Shown here piece by piece: positions 13,601-29,100 of a DNA stretch of 64,000 nt. Positions within the stretch are counted from its first letter, which is position 1. Every line of letters starts with the position of its first letter. The notes beneath the pieces were generated by a model. It had not been told where the DNA came from and made no database searches. It saw only the letters and a list, made by a program, of their open reading frames with translations. Location of the stretch: contig CM022672.1 in assembly GCA_012295275.1 (NCBI GenBank), positions 23,622,001 to 23,686,000 of the forward strand, read 5' to 3'. This DNA comes from Chrysomallon squamiferum. Taxonomy: Eukaryota > Animalia > Mollusca. Both the position numbers and the translations under genes were made by a program.

Positions 13601-15777
13601 CATGACAAGTGTTGATTTATATGAAATTTTAGTTATCATTATTTTTAATTTATTGTCTCACACAATAAGAAGTTGAAGATGAAAAGAGTTGAAACATGAC
13701 ATAAATAGTTTACCGAGTACACAGAATTAGTGTTTGTATCTGATACAAATTAATTTTTTTTTGTCAATTTGCAAGAAATGAAACAAGTATAGTTCATAAC
13801 CCATCTTAAATTCCATTATGGAATCGTTTTGAACCAACAGAAATTGTTACAATGAACATGTTCCAAATCAGAAAAGCCTGGCTAATGATTTTATTTTTAG
13901 ATTAAGGACAAAATTAACTTATTACTTCATAGATTATAACATAACCTTTCTATTTATTTACCAATACAAGAACATCTTCAATATAATATTACTTTTATTT
14001 CTGCCATTTGCCATCTTCCAAATATTTTTTCCCTCTTGGTGTATTTTCTAATTATTTAAAAATTACTGAAGGTACATTCTAATGAATTTTCCATGGAATA
14101 TGTCCTTTCTGGTTTATATTTTTCCCATACTATTTTGAACAATTTGTATTATCAAAAGTTAATTTCACTTCAACCAATTTATTTACCAAGAATTACAAAC
14201 TTCAAAAATACATTTTATGTGACCTGATATCAATGGATGATTAAATGAATATTTTATTTTATTAAGATTCCAGATCTCTTGATAAGATATATTTTACCAT
14301 TTATTCATTCTCGTAACAGAAAATAATAAAATAATAAAACAACAAAATAATAATCCAAATTCTCAATCAATGACAAAACAACAGTCTCACAACACCAGTT
14401 TATCATTTAAAAGATAAATAAAATAATATAATAATAATAATAATAATAATTAAGAAAGTAATAAAATAAACTATGGTGGAAACATTTTTGTTAATGCCAA
14501 CTGTGTGCATACATTATAAAATTTGGAGTAAGCAAATTGCTGGCTGCTCCAGGCAGAACAACTGTAAAAATGTAGGTTCAAACTAACCCACAACTGAGCT
14601 AACGTCTTACATATTCTACATATATATTAATCTAAATTAGTAATCCTTGTTTGGCTCGTAATTAAATTGATTTTGTTAGGATTTTTTAAAATTAAATTGT
14701 TTGTTCTATTTGACTTAAAACAGAATATGCACGATGACTTTGTAAGGATGAATGGGTATTAAAAATTCTTGAAGAGTTGATGATATTAAATATTCTTTAT
14801 TTCATTTTTTTTTTTTTTTTTTTTTTGAAACAGTTCCAATAAAAATTATTCCATTACTCTTCTTAAGATTAATCTTACTTGGCACAGTATTTAAACAATT
14901 TAGCTTTAACACAATAATAAAAAAAATAATAGTTCTTGTAAATGACCATAATAATGGTTAATAGTATGGACTATATTCAAACATTTTCTTTTTACACTAT
15001 TTATATTCAAAGTTGTTAACATAAATGATAAAACTGCTATTATCAAAAGCATCATCATTTTGTTTCCCCCAATCTGTGGTGGCCACCGTTGCTATATTCT
15101 TCAGTAAAACCATAAACCTAATATTACAGTGAACTACACTGTCTACATAATGTCTACATTGAATAACTGTTCATACCATAGGCTGTTATCACATCCAAAA
15201 TATTGTTGCTTTTCTAAAACACAACATTCCCACATCAAATGTTCAAAGTGTATTTTCACAACTCTTGCAATAAAAATTGTTCTGTAATAATTATAATATG
15301 TGCTTTTCTGAAGAGAGCGATAGATATTGCTAAATGAATACATGTTTTGGTTTGGAATAAATCGGTCAGAAGGCAGCTGGATTACTTTTTCCTATTTCAC
15401 TGATCTGCATAAAAAAAATAAAAAAAAAAAGAGAGAGAGAAAGGAAAAGCCTTTCGACATTAATTTTAACCATAAATATTCTAACCAATCCATGAAATAC
15501 CTGGCACTTAATTTTTTTTCCACAAAATCCAAACACAACTTCCAATCCAATTCCCAGAAATACAAATCTACTTCCAGCCTTTAACCACATCTCTTATTTT
15601 TCAAATCTTTGTCTTTGCCAGACATTAACACTGAGCTGGACAGTTCCTGCTCCTTGGTGACTGAAAAATTTCAAACCAAAATTTCTGAATTATGTATGAG
15701 ATATCTTGGAGCAAACGTATCTGTTTTAATACACAGATACACTTTTTGTCTGTTGGAATGAACTGATTTCTGCCTCA

Positions 15778-18700
15778 TTATTGTGTCACATTTCCAAATG
15801 AAGAAAAGGCATTATCTGTTCGTTTCTGAAATGTACTTCTTCCCATCACAGATGTCTGCACTGAGCCAGGCATTCCCACATTACCCTGAGGCACTGTTCC
15901 AATCATCCCAACAGTAGGTTGCATACCCATAGCTGTAATAAAAAAATAAAAATTAAAAAATTTAAATAAATAAATTACATTGTGTTGCAAAACTAATGAA
16001 AAATTTCAGTTTACAGTCTCTGAAGTTATTAAAATATCCTATTTTTGCAATATCCTTTTTGTTGGATTTTGGCTTATGCAATGTATAATTACATATGCTA
16101 CATTGGTATTTATGCCATGTGTCCTGTAAGAGGAATTTCTTTAATTCAACACGATGACAATCACTTGAGATGTCAATGGTTCAAGTCCATGAAATATGGC
16201 ATCAACTGTAATGGAGAAATATGCAATTTAGTGACAATTGTTGTTTTTGCATAGTCATGTTTGATGAACATCAACCAGGTCCTTCACTGGCTGATAGATT
16301 TCCAGATACAATCAGATGGAATATTCATGGGCTGAGCTGGATAGATGACTGAGACAGCAAACCAAGGCACAAAATCTTTCACAGCTGACACTACAAACAA
16401 ACTGGGACACTAATTTATAAGGTGTTGTCTGTAATACTGCCTTCATGTGAAAGAATGTATGACAGTTCTTGATTTACTGGACAAGTATTCAAGATACTGA
16501 CCATAGACTGTTGATCCCGAGTTACCTTTTGAAATGTTACATCTTCAATAAATCTTCAACAAATGTGAAAAAAATCTACTTGTAAATCAATGTATCTATA
16601 TAATATCATTACAATCCTCTCCCACCCACCCACCCAAGCACACTTTAAAAATGGAGTTTCTTACTTGGACTCATCAGTGGTCGAGGTGACATCATCACTG
16701 GTTGGTTCTGTGGAAACCCAGTTGGAGAAATGGCTCCCATTCCTGGAAAAAAAAATATTTAAAAATTCAACACTTCACTAGTTAAATTCTATACAATCAT
16801 TTGGTCATTCTTAATAAGTGCAGATACCTGTTTGGTCAATAAACATACCTCAGTAACTATAGGAACTTTTAGCTCTTAAAAGCTGAAAATGTAGATGGAA
16901 ATGTTTATTCTTTCTTCTAATTAGGGCAATTAATAAAATCAAGTTCTGAATATTTTTTACATAAAAAAGAGCACATAATTGTTTATTTATTTATATTAAT
17001 TTAAAAAAAAGAGAAGAAAAGTGTATTTAAAATTATTTAATGAATTAAAAAAGAGAAGTGCTTTTTATCATAATTAATAAACTGTAGTGCATGTTTGAAA
17101 ACCAGATCAAATGTAACTAAAATTATTATTATTACAGCCAAATTTCATTTTTTTTTTTTTTTTCTTAGTTTCAAATGAAATGAGCAGAATAAATCTGTTT
17201 GACTTTCAGTAATAATAACATACTAATACTTTTATATAAATAAGCAGCTGAGCAAAATTGTTATTTTTAGCACTGCTCCATAAACTGAAAATGCTAATTT
17301 ATAACCAATAATATTAACTGGCTGTAAAATAACTATTCTTTGAAAGAAAACATGCACATGCAGAAGATTAAGGAAACAATTGTCTTTTTACAGTAGTATT
17401 TATCAATAAGTGACATTCAGCTGTTCACAAGAGAACCATATGCTTTGCAAACTTATTATTTGACACAGTACCCCCAAAATATTTCCACATTAAAGATAAG
17501 TTCAGTGGAATTTAACGGACAAACTACGTTAGTTCTGGATATGGCTCATTAAAACAGACATTTATTACATCTTATTCCAAAATAAGGCAAATTTTTATTA
17601 GAACGATATTCTGTATTGACAAGACATTGGCATATGTAAAAATGTAATGACAGAAAGGAACAGAATGGATGAAGCCAGGGAGAAAGATAAGAGAACAGGC
17701 ATCATGATAAAGAAGAAAGATCAAGAGATAGCTTTTAACGTCAGCCTAAAACAAAATGTATTTTTATTGTTGTTTTTGTTTTTGGTTCAGTTACATCTGT
17801 TATACTAGTATCAATTATCAAATATTAATTAAAAGGCTGTACTATTTAATTAAATGAACAGTATTTTGTTAATACAACCATATTCAATAGATGTTAATCT
17901 GGGTAAATTATAGTTGTGTTCTTTTTAATAACCGAAAGAAAACTTTTTTTTCTTATTTTAATGTTACCATTTGTTTTCTGTATTAACAAAATATTTTATT
18001 CAGTACATCAGGAATGTTATATTAAATGTTTTAAAAGCAAATTAAGTGCACTGTGACATAACAATCTCTCTTTTTTATATGTTTGAATACTGTATTACAG
18101 TACTAATATTTCAGATAATTATATTTTAATGTAATTATATTTTAATCTCATAGGCTTAATATAAATTCCAATGTTACATCTGCGACAAATATATAAATCA
18201 AATATATTTTGTGGTGAATACCATAAGTATAGATAAGCAAAGTTAATATATCTTCACATTTGATTTTAACCAATGGCAAACACATTCATACTGACCAGAA
18301 ATATTTCATAATAAAAACCTCTGTCTTTTCAACTCTACTTGCAACGGATAGAAAATGCCAACTTGATTGGTTAACCGGAAAGAGTTAACACAAGAATTCA
18401 CAGCAATATGTAACCAGTCTCTTAGCATACATAAAATAATTGTTTACCTTAGAATTAATAATTTATAACAAATAATAAGTATTCACTCAAATTTTTTTTA
18501 TTGTTGTTGTTTTTTAAATCTGAAAAAATAATTAACACAAAAAGAGTATATTATAATAAGTGGGAATTAATCAATCACACAATGAACCATCACAAACTGT
18601 TAAAACATGAGTGAATTATCAGCTAGTAACAGAAAAATAAACAGAAGGAAAAGCAAAAAAGAGAAAACACTCTTCATGCCCCACTGCTAGGCCATGCATT

Positions 18701-21700
18701 TTAGTATTAACATGGACTACAGACCTGAGTATCCCATTTCAGGGTACCATAACACATAGCCTTTTGGAGAAAAGCAAAATGATGCAAGTTAGTGTCTCAA
18801 TTTTGCAGCTTTCACTTGTTCTGTTAAAGCTTAAGGTACACAGTACACCATAACAAATAAAACATTCACATATTTAATATAAGCATAGTTTTAGTAAGCA
18901 TAACACAATAGGTAATCAAATTTAGCTATTATGATAAATAGTGTTAAATTTTTTGCAAAATATGCTAAACGGCTAAAGGCTTTATTCTTTATTTGTTTTG
19001 GTAAAAAAAAATTGTTCTATTATCAGAGTAAATGTTTTCTATCTAAAAGGAAAATACATGTCATCTGTCTACAGTTACCAGGATATATTTTATATGTATA
19101 TATCTGTGAGAGTAAATCATTTCACATTACCATATTTCTCAGCATATAACTGAAGTTTCTGAGACCAAAACTTGTTCAAAGGTGAAGAAATTCTGTTATT
19201 AGACTTTTGATCATATATCTTGTTTGTCATGTGATAGAATTTGTTTTGAATTACCATTTTCTTACCATTTAAGTTCAGTCTGTTCTCTGCACTTATTCTC
19301 AATTAATAATGTTCAAAATTTCCTTAAAAGTTTGTTGTGTTTGAAACAGAAAGGACATACACTCAGCAGAAAATTATATGCCAAGTTAACTTGTATGCAG
19401 ATAAATATGGTAATATAAATTTATAAAAAAATAAAATTTATTTTAATGTATTTGTTAGTGACATTTCGTATAAAGATATATGTATGAAAAGCATAAATAA
19501 ACATTGAATGCAACAGTTACTGAACAGGTAACTAAAATAACTATAAAGCATTTCAATTATTAATTAATCAAATAATCTTACTTATTATTATGTAATAAAT
19601 ATTTTCAATTAACATTTTAAAATTCAACTCAAGAAAAAATAAGAAAAATAATATTTTTTCTTTTTCTTTTTTGTTGTATATTAATTTTTGAATGTGTAAT
19701 ATGTATACATTTTTAAATTTCATAATTATTATCTTTCATTGTTCAAGTCTCTTAAAATCATAAAGCAAAATATAATACAAAAAAGAAATGGATCATTACA
19801 GTCGTGATTTATTCATTATTAACAGCCAGTTATTCTATAGCAAAATAAAGTTAATTTACTTTTGGTCATATTTGAAACTAGACAACACTTAATTTCGATT
19901 CTGTAACAATGAAACAAAGAATCAATAATTTACACCATTGTCATGGAAATGTATATTTGATCAGTGACTACAGGAAAAGGTCAGAACTTTAACTAATTCA
20001 AACAGGCAGTTATCACTGAATGGGCTTTCAAAAGGATGGTATTAGAAATAAAGTTCATCAGGATTATGAAATATAATTCCAAATGTAAACTGTCTTAGAT
20101 CTAATTATAAGAATATTTAAAATGTATTTTGTTATTAACCTGTGGGTGACATCATGTTGCTTTGTTGTAACTGGTTCATACTAGGGGAGGAATGTTTCTG
20201 GAAACGGTTTGCAGGATTCAGTGACTCCAAGTTGATGTCAACTTTACCAGCTTCTGACCAGGTGTTCTTCTGCAAAGATTAGCATTTCTTAAAAGCATTG
20301 TTTTTACCCAAAAAGGTATCTTAGAAAAACAAAATAAAATGAAAGTAGATAATATTAGAATAATATCAACTTTCATAAAGATTGTTATTACATGAAATTA
20401 TGTGAGCTTTAATTTTTTTTTTTTTTTGAAAAAAGGCAATAAAAATTATATACAATTCATTTTGTTTTGAAATTTTAGTCACTGAAATGAAGCATAAAAA
20501 TGCAAAATTAAGTATTAATGAAAGCACCAGTCAACAAAGCTTTTACAACCACAAGATTTTAAAATTTACCAATTTGTTTGTTTAGGTTAGATAAAAGGTT
20601 TTCTAGTTCACAGCATCTCAAAATCAATCTTTGAAAAAGCATGTATTAAACAACAAATTAAAACAGTAAATTAAAAACACTCAAAATCATTTATAAATAA
20701 CTGTTCACATGACACTGTAGCCAATTCTTGGTGATACAGCTAACTAATAATTGTAAATAATATGAAATACTTTCAAGATGGCTTGCAACCAACCTTGCTT
20801 GTTTCAGAGGTTTTTTCACTTGATGTGTTCACAACGCTATCCTAAGAAACAAAAGTTTTGCAAAACAAAAAAAGAAAGAAAGAAAAAGACAAAAAGAATG
20901 AAAAAGGAAATTAGTAAAATTAGAAAAAATGATAAGTGGAATACTGCTGTAGAAGTCACCTGTCAATCTAATAAATTAAGGTCGGTAACGAGTCTTTATG
21001 TACAACTTATTTATTTCCCATGGCCTCCTATAATAATCTAATAATCCACATTTGCAGATTTACAAAAATATCCTTAAATATATTTTCGAAAAAGAAGAAA
21101 AAACAGAAAAAGCAATTGAGGTACTTTAATAAAGAAAATAATTAAATTATTAAACACCATTTATGGTACAGAAATATCAAATTAAAATGATCAAGTTTCA
21201 GTTTCGTAGATGAATACATTATCATGATCCATGCACACCTAATTCTACATATAATTGTGAGTATAGTTTCAGACTTGTATATGAAATTTATGAACCAGCA
21301 AAAAATGACACACAAAAAAAAAACGTTAGTGTAGTTTGAATGTATGCAGTCTAATACTTCAAAAAGGCAACTTTACATATGAATAGAATATATATTTTTT
21401 TCATTTTAAAGCTTATATTTTTCTTAATTAAAAGCAGTATTTAAAATCCCATTCCACAGGTACCATGTAATAATAGCTCACAGAAGTCTGTTATAGAGAA
21501 ATGGTTTGAAAAAGGTAACCATTACAGCAGGTTTTACTGTATTGATAAAACAAAACAAAATCTGATTATGAACAGTGGTAACTGAACAAACAAATATAAA
21601 AATAGTATCATTCAGATGTTGTGATAAAAATTGTTAAAAACAGAAAATTAAAAATGAGATGTTACAACAATAAAACCAACACAACAAATTAAAGAACACG

Positions 21701-23062
21701 CCACCCATTTAAAGCTCTATGAACATATAATGCTCTATATAAGGATAATAATAATAATAAATACACAAGAACAAATATTTATAACAAAATACATTAGTAT
21801 AGTTACCAATTTAAAATTGATTGTATACTAATATAAATTCATGTGGCTCAAAAGACATTGAAGATTATTTTTCATTTTTTTCTGATTAACAATGGGTGGG
21901 TGTAAGAGAAAATAAAAGATGAAACTTTCAGTGAATGTATAATATAAGCAACAGTTTCTTAGTGATTATTATTGACCAGCTTAAAACAAGTATTTTTGAA
22001 ACCTTTAAAATAATGCATTAAAAACTGCTTTTTTAAATATTTTTATCTTTATTTTGATTAAATATTCATAATTTTATTATTAGATCTTTTGCATATCTAC
22101 TGTTACTGAATAATAAAAAAGAAATCTTTCACACTAAGGCATTTGTGTAATTTTATTTATCAGTCAATCCTCATCCATCAGAAATATTTAACACATAGTA
22201 TTTGATAAAAAGTCACTATTGGATTTTATTTACTTTAAAGAAAAGGAATTATTTAAGAGAACAGATGCTTAAAATTCACTTTAAAAACCTATTTTCTTTA
22301 ACTATCATTTTAAAATTAGATCTGAAAATTTTAACTGGTTTCACATTAAATTAGCCCAGTTAAAAAAGACATTCAAATATTCATCAGCAAACTTTATATT
22401 TTTTATAGGCCCTTTATTTTAAAAAGGTAAATAATACTTCAAATTGTTACAGTCCAGTAACCTGAAGATTATAATTTTAACATATAATAATTTTTTTCAA
22501 ACCTGTAGGCCCATATATGCAAAAAAAATGCCAAAATTCCAAATCCTGCAGCCAAAGATATTGCTCTTAAATTTAAAAATAATTTAATATTTTTAAACAT
22601 AATATCCTTAAAACTGGATTAATGAAGAGGTGAGGAAATATTAATATTATATTATACTTTTCTGTACTACACCCTAACTTACCTTGTTGCTTTGAGAGCT
22701 GAAACTATTAGGTGGCTGACCAAAACTACTTGAGGTGGACATTGGAATTTGCTGCATCATAGCTGGATTCACTGGGGTCTGCACCATCAGGGGCTGAGAA
22801 AGAGGGTGTGTTGTAAGGAAAGGGTCTAACATCAGTGACTAACAACAGGGCAGGAATACAGCCTCAAACATTCAAAGTCTTATCATATGATAATTTTATT
22901 TAGTTCTTGGGATTTTTGGTTCATTTTCTTTTGTAGCTTTTGTTTACAGTTATTTAAATTGTTTAAGTTTTTTTTATTCTTCTTTTTAATGAAAACAAAT
23001 TCAACTAACATGAATTAAATACAGTTTCAGTATAATAAAAAAATGTTTTGAATTACAAAGCC

Positions 23063-23102
<40 letters not shown>

Positions 23103-26100
23103 CTCTCTCTCTCACACTCTCTCTCTCTCAACCATTAATTATTACTTTTTCAAAAACACATCTCTTTCATTTCAATAAATTCAATAAATGATGTATTGAA
23201 CATTGCCAATAATACATTTTCTCTATTCAGTATTTTAAAATCTATTAAACATCAGTATAGAATTTATTCTATACAGGATTAACCAACACATTTCCTGTTT
23301 CATTTTTACATAATTAAGAAAATAAATAAAGAAAATAAAGAAAAACAAAATCTTAATGCAAGACCAACACAAAACCACAATGTAATGGAAGGAGACTGTA
23401 TTGAAGCCCTGTGGGAAAAAATACTAATATGCAAGCAACAAAATATTAATAAATAATAAAAATTTATAAAACTATCAACAGTATATAATACACCATTTTA
23501 TCCTTTTAATGACTATGAAAAATCAAAAGATATAAAATTTAATAAACAAGGCTCCTGCTAAAAATGAAAATTACTTAGAGGAGCAAAACTGTACGCAAAT
23601 TTTATTGTTGATTTTCTTTTAATGAAGTGTTTACTAATTCACAAATTTAAAATTAAAATAATTAAGTATCTGTTGCATTGTAAATATGCCTATTCCCAAT
23701 GGAAATAACATTCAAAGCAATTTTTTTTGTTAATATGGAGTTTAATATAAAACCGAACATGAAAAGAAACTTGTATAAAGAAAACAAAATTGAGTGATGT
23801 ATTTTATGCCAGAAACCAAGTTTTATAAAATTATCTGTTATTAAAACTGAAGATGTCTCATAATGTTAGGCTTGAAACAAATAACAATTACATCACTAAA
23901 TTTTCATACCGAACCAAAATATCATTAAAAAAAATAACAACAGACAAATTAAAAATCATTACATGCTAACTATATTTTAGAAAATACTGAAAACACTCAG
24001 TCAACTGAAAACTAAAACTTAGAAGTATCAATATTTTGTTTGATTGCTGTACCTGCTGGCTCATTTGCATTGCAGGCATCATTCCCATGGTTCCTTGCAC
24101 TGGCATCTGACCAACCACAGGTATTTGTCCTGGTATGGCCATCCCTGGTGTTGGCATGTTATTAGTCATCTGAAGAAAATTATAATTATATATTATTATT
24201 TCTTTTCCTTCCTACTTTACAATTAAAAAATGTCACCATATAAATGTTTAGAAAACATAGTTTTCAATTAGAAATTAAATAAAAACAATAATCAAACAAT
24301 TTTTTTGTTATCTGTAATATTTGCAGGATTCATCCTAATAAGATTAATTTCTAAAAACTATATTTCTAAGGTAAAAAAAGACCCATCTAAATATATTATA
24401 TATAATACTTTACTTTTTACTTTTTATTATCATTTTGTATTGGTACAGAAAGATTATACATAACACTTTGAGTTTGTTTATGTACTCTAATCACTGGCAA
24501 TTTTTAAAGTAAGTACTGAAAATTTATTTTTCTATAAGGTAATAAATACACTACTGAAAGTATGATATTTCTGTTTATCAACTATTTTAACAAACTTAAT
24601 GGGTTTTTTTCTTTTTTTGAAAAATACTGTCAGCTTTAATAAAAGTTTTCACAAGTAAATGAAATGTATCTGTAAGTCTTATGATATGATTCTTTCAAAA
24701 ATTTTTGGACATTTTTGTATCCTAATTATTAAAATAGAAACGCATAACTTTTGTTATGTTACTGAATTTGAAGTTTGTTATAGAAGATGATGTTTTCATT
24801 TGAAGTGAGGGGGGAAAACATCAGTATAACTATATTCTGTAGTGCAGCTCTAGTATTTACAAAATTAAGAAAGCTATATTTAAGAGGGGCTGGTCCAGTC
24901 TCAACCACAGTTGGGTATATGTGTCTCAATGACATTTGATAATGGATGGAAAAGAGTTAACATCCTGAATATTAAATTTTATTACAAAAAGTTATTCTGA
25001 ATTATATTTATAGAAGTCACTGAAGTGAACTTTTGTTTACCTTAAGCTGTCTTAAACTATCACAGTGCAGAGAAAACAACTATTTTTCTTTCAGCAAAGG
25101 AATGGATATAAAGATTCAATTTTTTTTAATATAATTTTAAGTTTGAAAAATTACTACCATTGTTTCATATTCTAAATATATCCTTCAACATAATACTTTG
25201 ACATTCACTGCATGCAAAAAAAAAATCAAAATGGCAACAGTAGTAGAAATTTAAAAAAAAAAAAACTCCAGAATATGTGAATGAAATTATTACCATCTGC
25301 ATGCCCATCGTTTGTCCCATTGTCATTGTCGTCGTTGAAGCCATCCCCATGGAAACAGCAGTATTCATCATAGGCATTGCTGGTTGCATTACTGGTTGTG
25401 CTGGAGTCTGCATCAGTGGTACAGCTGGTGTTTGCCCTGTTAGAGGTTGAATAGGTTGCATTTGGGGCCCTGATGGAGTCAACGGTGATCCAAGTGGATC
25501 AAAAGGATCAACAGTTGACTTTGGAGAAATGGCTTTTGGTGAATCACCAGCATTGAATTTGGAAAAATCAGCAAAATCAGACTGTCTGTAAAACCAAAAA
25601 GACAAATAAACAAAGAGATTCCAAGATTTCAATCAAAATTCTAATAGATAAATTAAATTATAATGTGCAAAAATATATAAACTGACAAATACAAAATAAA
25701 AGTTATAAACTTTTTTTTATAAATTATAGTTTAAAACCCCAACTGTCACTGCACAAACAACTAACAAATAACTTCAGTTATAAAATACTGAATGCAAAAT
25801 CAACCAAATCCAAATTTTTATGTCAAAAGATGTACTAAAATTAAAATTATTTAATCAGTAAACAAAATGCAATTCAGTAAAATTCCATAGTATAGTTCAG
25901 TACCATCCAAAAAGTAAATTTAAAAAAAAACAGAAAATTAACATTTAACAGTACTGAATAGATATAAATTTTAAACCTTTTTTCTTTTGTATTATTAAAA
26001 ATAATTAAAATATTTTTAAACTTCTACTACTTTACTTGACATAATGTATCTGATAACGTACCCCTTTGGAGATGCAGCAGTGCTACCATTCTGGAATTGT

Positions 26101-29100
26101 GTGAAGTCACCAAAGTCACCAGACTGACCAGGAGCTATACAAGTAAATTTAACCGATTGTAGAAAAACAACCTATCACAGAACATAATTTAAATAAAACA
26201 CTATTCTGGACCATATCTGTCTCTTTGTATTCCTGAGGACTTAACATAAAAATGGTAACATTTCCAAGATTCATATAAATATAAAGAAAATACTTGAAAG
26301 GTATTTAAGGGAACTTAGTATTATAATGAATGTGATGCCTTTCAGGATTCAAAGGTTTACAGACTATTATCAAGCCAAACTATAAAGCAAATTACTAAGT
26401 ACTTAATTAAACAAATCTGATTTTCTTTTTTTTATTTCTGTTTTATTTATTTTATTTTATTTTATTTTATTTTTTTGCTTACTTGCATTCTCACTTTCAA
26501 TTTTAGAATATATCATAAAAAAACATTATTTATTAACTTTTTTCCTTATTCTTTTTTTTGAGAGGGTTACCATCTAATATTTTTCTGTTGTTATACAAAT
26601 ATTAGATCTTTATGTAAAGGAGATCATTTAATTAGTCTACAAATAACATGCAAATTTATGAAGTGTTCCATATTTGTGTTTTTTTTAGGGTTCAATAATG
26701 AAGAAGAATTGAACTGGCTCTCCAAATATATTCTTCTTTATATTTCAAAATGAACTTCATAACTATACAATCAAGCAAGTGCCAAATACGAAGATATTAG
26801 TCGTATTTATCTTAAATGTAATAAGAGCCAATACATACACTGTGGAGTGACTGCTCTTGGATCGAAGTCATTGAAACTGTTACTTGAGTTGATTGTCTGA
26901 TAGCCCTTGGATGTTATACTATCAACATCAATGAGACTAGGTTGTTCACTAACAGATGACAAACTCTAAATGTAAAAGAAAGAAAAACCTATAATTCAGT
27001 AAACTGTAAAATGAACATGAAACATCCAAAAAGATTAAGATAATACACTGGCTATTACTACTGAGTTTCAAACAAATTAAATATCTGAATACGTCAAATC
27101 TATTTATTTTAAAACTATAATTGTTCATCTGTGAAAACTGATTTTAGAGTTAAGAAAGTAAATAAATAAAATATTTGAAACACACAGTATAACACTGTTT
27201 TAAACAAATATATCAGACATAAAATCAAGTGTCTAAATAATTAAATGATAGTTTAATGCATTAGAAAAGAGCACTGTATCATTAACACAAACACCTTAGA
27301 AATATCAGAAATAATAAATGAATAATTAAGACACTTTAATGTTAACATTTATTAAATGTTGAGATTTTTATTTAATAATAACATTTGAAAAAAGAAACAG
27401 TATTAAGTAAATCAGGTAATCTTCAACAGCCACTTTTATTGCATTAGAAATTACTCTTGTGTTTATAAATGTTTCAATCAATACCACATTAATATCAAAT
27501 TGGAATTCTAAATCTTTATACAGCTACTGAAAGATTCTACCATCTGCATCACATTAATACCAAATCAAAATATAATGTTTATACAGCCAATTCTGCAATA
27601 AGTGATTATGTTAATTAAAAAATCGTTACATAACTAATTAAATGTGAATAGAAAGAAACAGGTTTTGTAAACTCTGCATAAATAGTTTATATAACCTCTC
27701 CGGCCATAAATGATGGCTTTACAGAAGACAAAAAAGATGACACAAAATTATTACCTGGCCATCAGAATCTTTTGATAAACTGGCAGCTGCTCCTAGATCT
27801 AAAGTTTTGGCTTGTCGTGTCCTGCCTTTCGTTGTAGTTATTTTCTCTGTTCTTGTGGTATGAGTTCTTTCTACTGATGTCACTTCACTATCATCATCTT
27901 TAAAATCGTAACGGTTGCGGGTCTGTTCCCGGTCCAGGTTTCTCTCACGGTTGTAATCTCGATCCCAGCTCTTATCTGAGTATCCCCAATCATCTCTGTA
28001 TTTCTCATGTCTTTTTGTTCGTTCATCGTCATCTTCACTAAAATTACAAAGGCATCTCAAACTCATTCCTAGAACATTTATTTATTTTGTAATTTCTTAC
28101 TAGATATTCTTATCTTGATATAATCTTTCTATTTGTTAAGCCTAACACTTAACAACACATATTTTAGTCATTATGTTTTAAGCCCTTATATGGGGATATA
28201 GCTGGACATACAAAACCTTTCCTATGAATAAATGTTGTTCTTTTATTTTATTCTAGCATTTATTTTTCTCAACTTTCAAATCTGAAATTATGTTCCAACA
28301 GCTGATAATAATGTAAAAGACCAACCTCAGATCACAGGGACTGCCTTGTTTTGGCCTGCCATGTGCTCGATTCCATAAATCTTTAACTTTGTCAATAGCC
28401 TCATCAGCAATGGATTTCCTCCCACCACCCCAGTCATCTATTTCATCCATGTTTCTTCTTCTGACAACTGGATCTTCTTCGTAGCGGTCACCTGTGAAAA
28501 ATAACTTTATTACCAACCTATCATACAACACACAATGAAAACACAAATCATATGACTACAAGTAACTATTTCACAAGCATGTAAAATGTGTACGTACACT
28601 AACGGAGACCTACTTACAGAAATGGTATTTCTGAACATATATAACACAATTATTAATAAAATCTAAGCATTATAATGGCGAATACATATTGCATTTAGCA
28701 TAACAGAAAGCTGTGGCACACGTACTGTAAGAATTATATCCCTGAGACTCTCCAGACATTCCAATAAATTTATCTTTTGTCTTCTTGGCTTTTTTCCTTT
28801 CTTCTCGCAGTTTTTCATCATCTTGAATGAAAGAAAGGATCTCCTTGGTCTTGTGTCTCACTGGAATATAAAAGAGCACATTAAAAGAAAATTTCAAAAT
28901 GTGTACTTAGATAATCTGCAGCATCAAGAAGAATATTAAATAATTAAATTAACAGGAATTTTACAAACAAATTAACTTTAAAAGTTATAACCAATCATAC
29001 ACTATCATAAAATTCCTTAAGATTGTTATGTAACTTTAAGTGACTTCAGTTGTGTCGACAGATCAAAATTAAAACAAGTATCTATTAATTTAAGGACAAA

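Noticed and set aside
21194-21205. AGTTTCAGTTTC ISRE-like match in a CLINT1 intron
   Set aside because: Isolated two-core match with no promoter context, expected by chance in AT-rich DNA.
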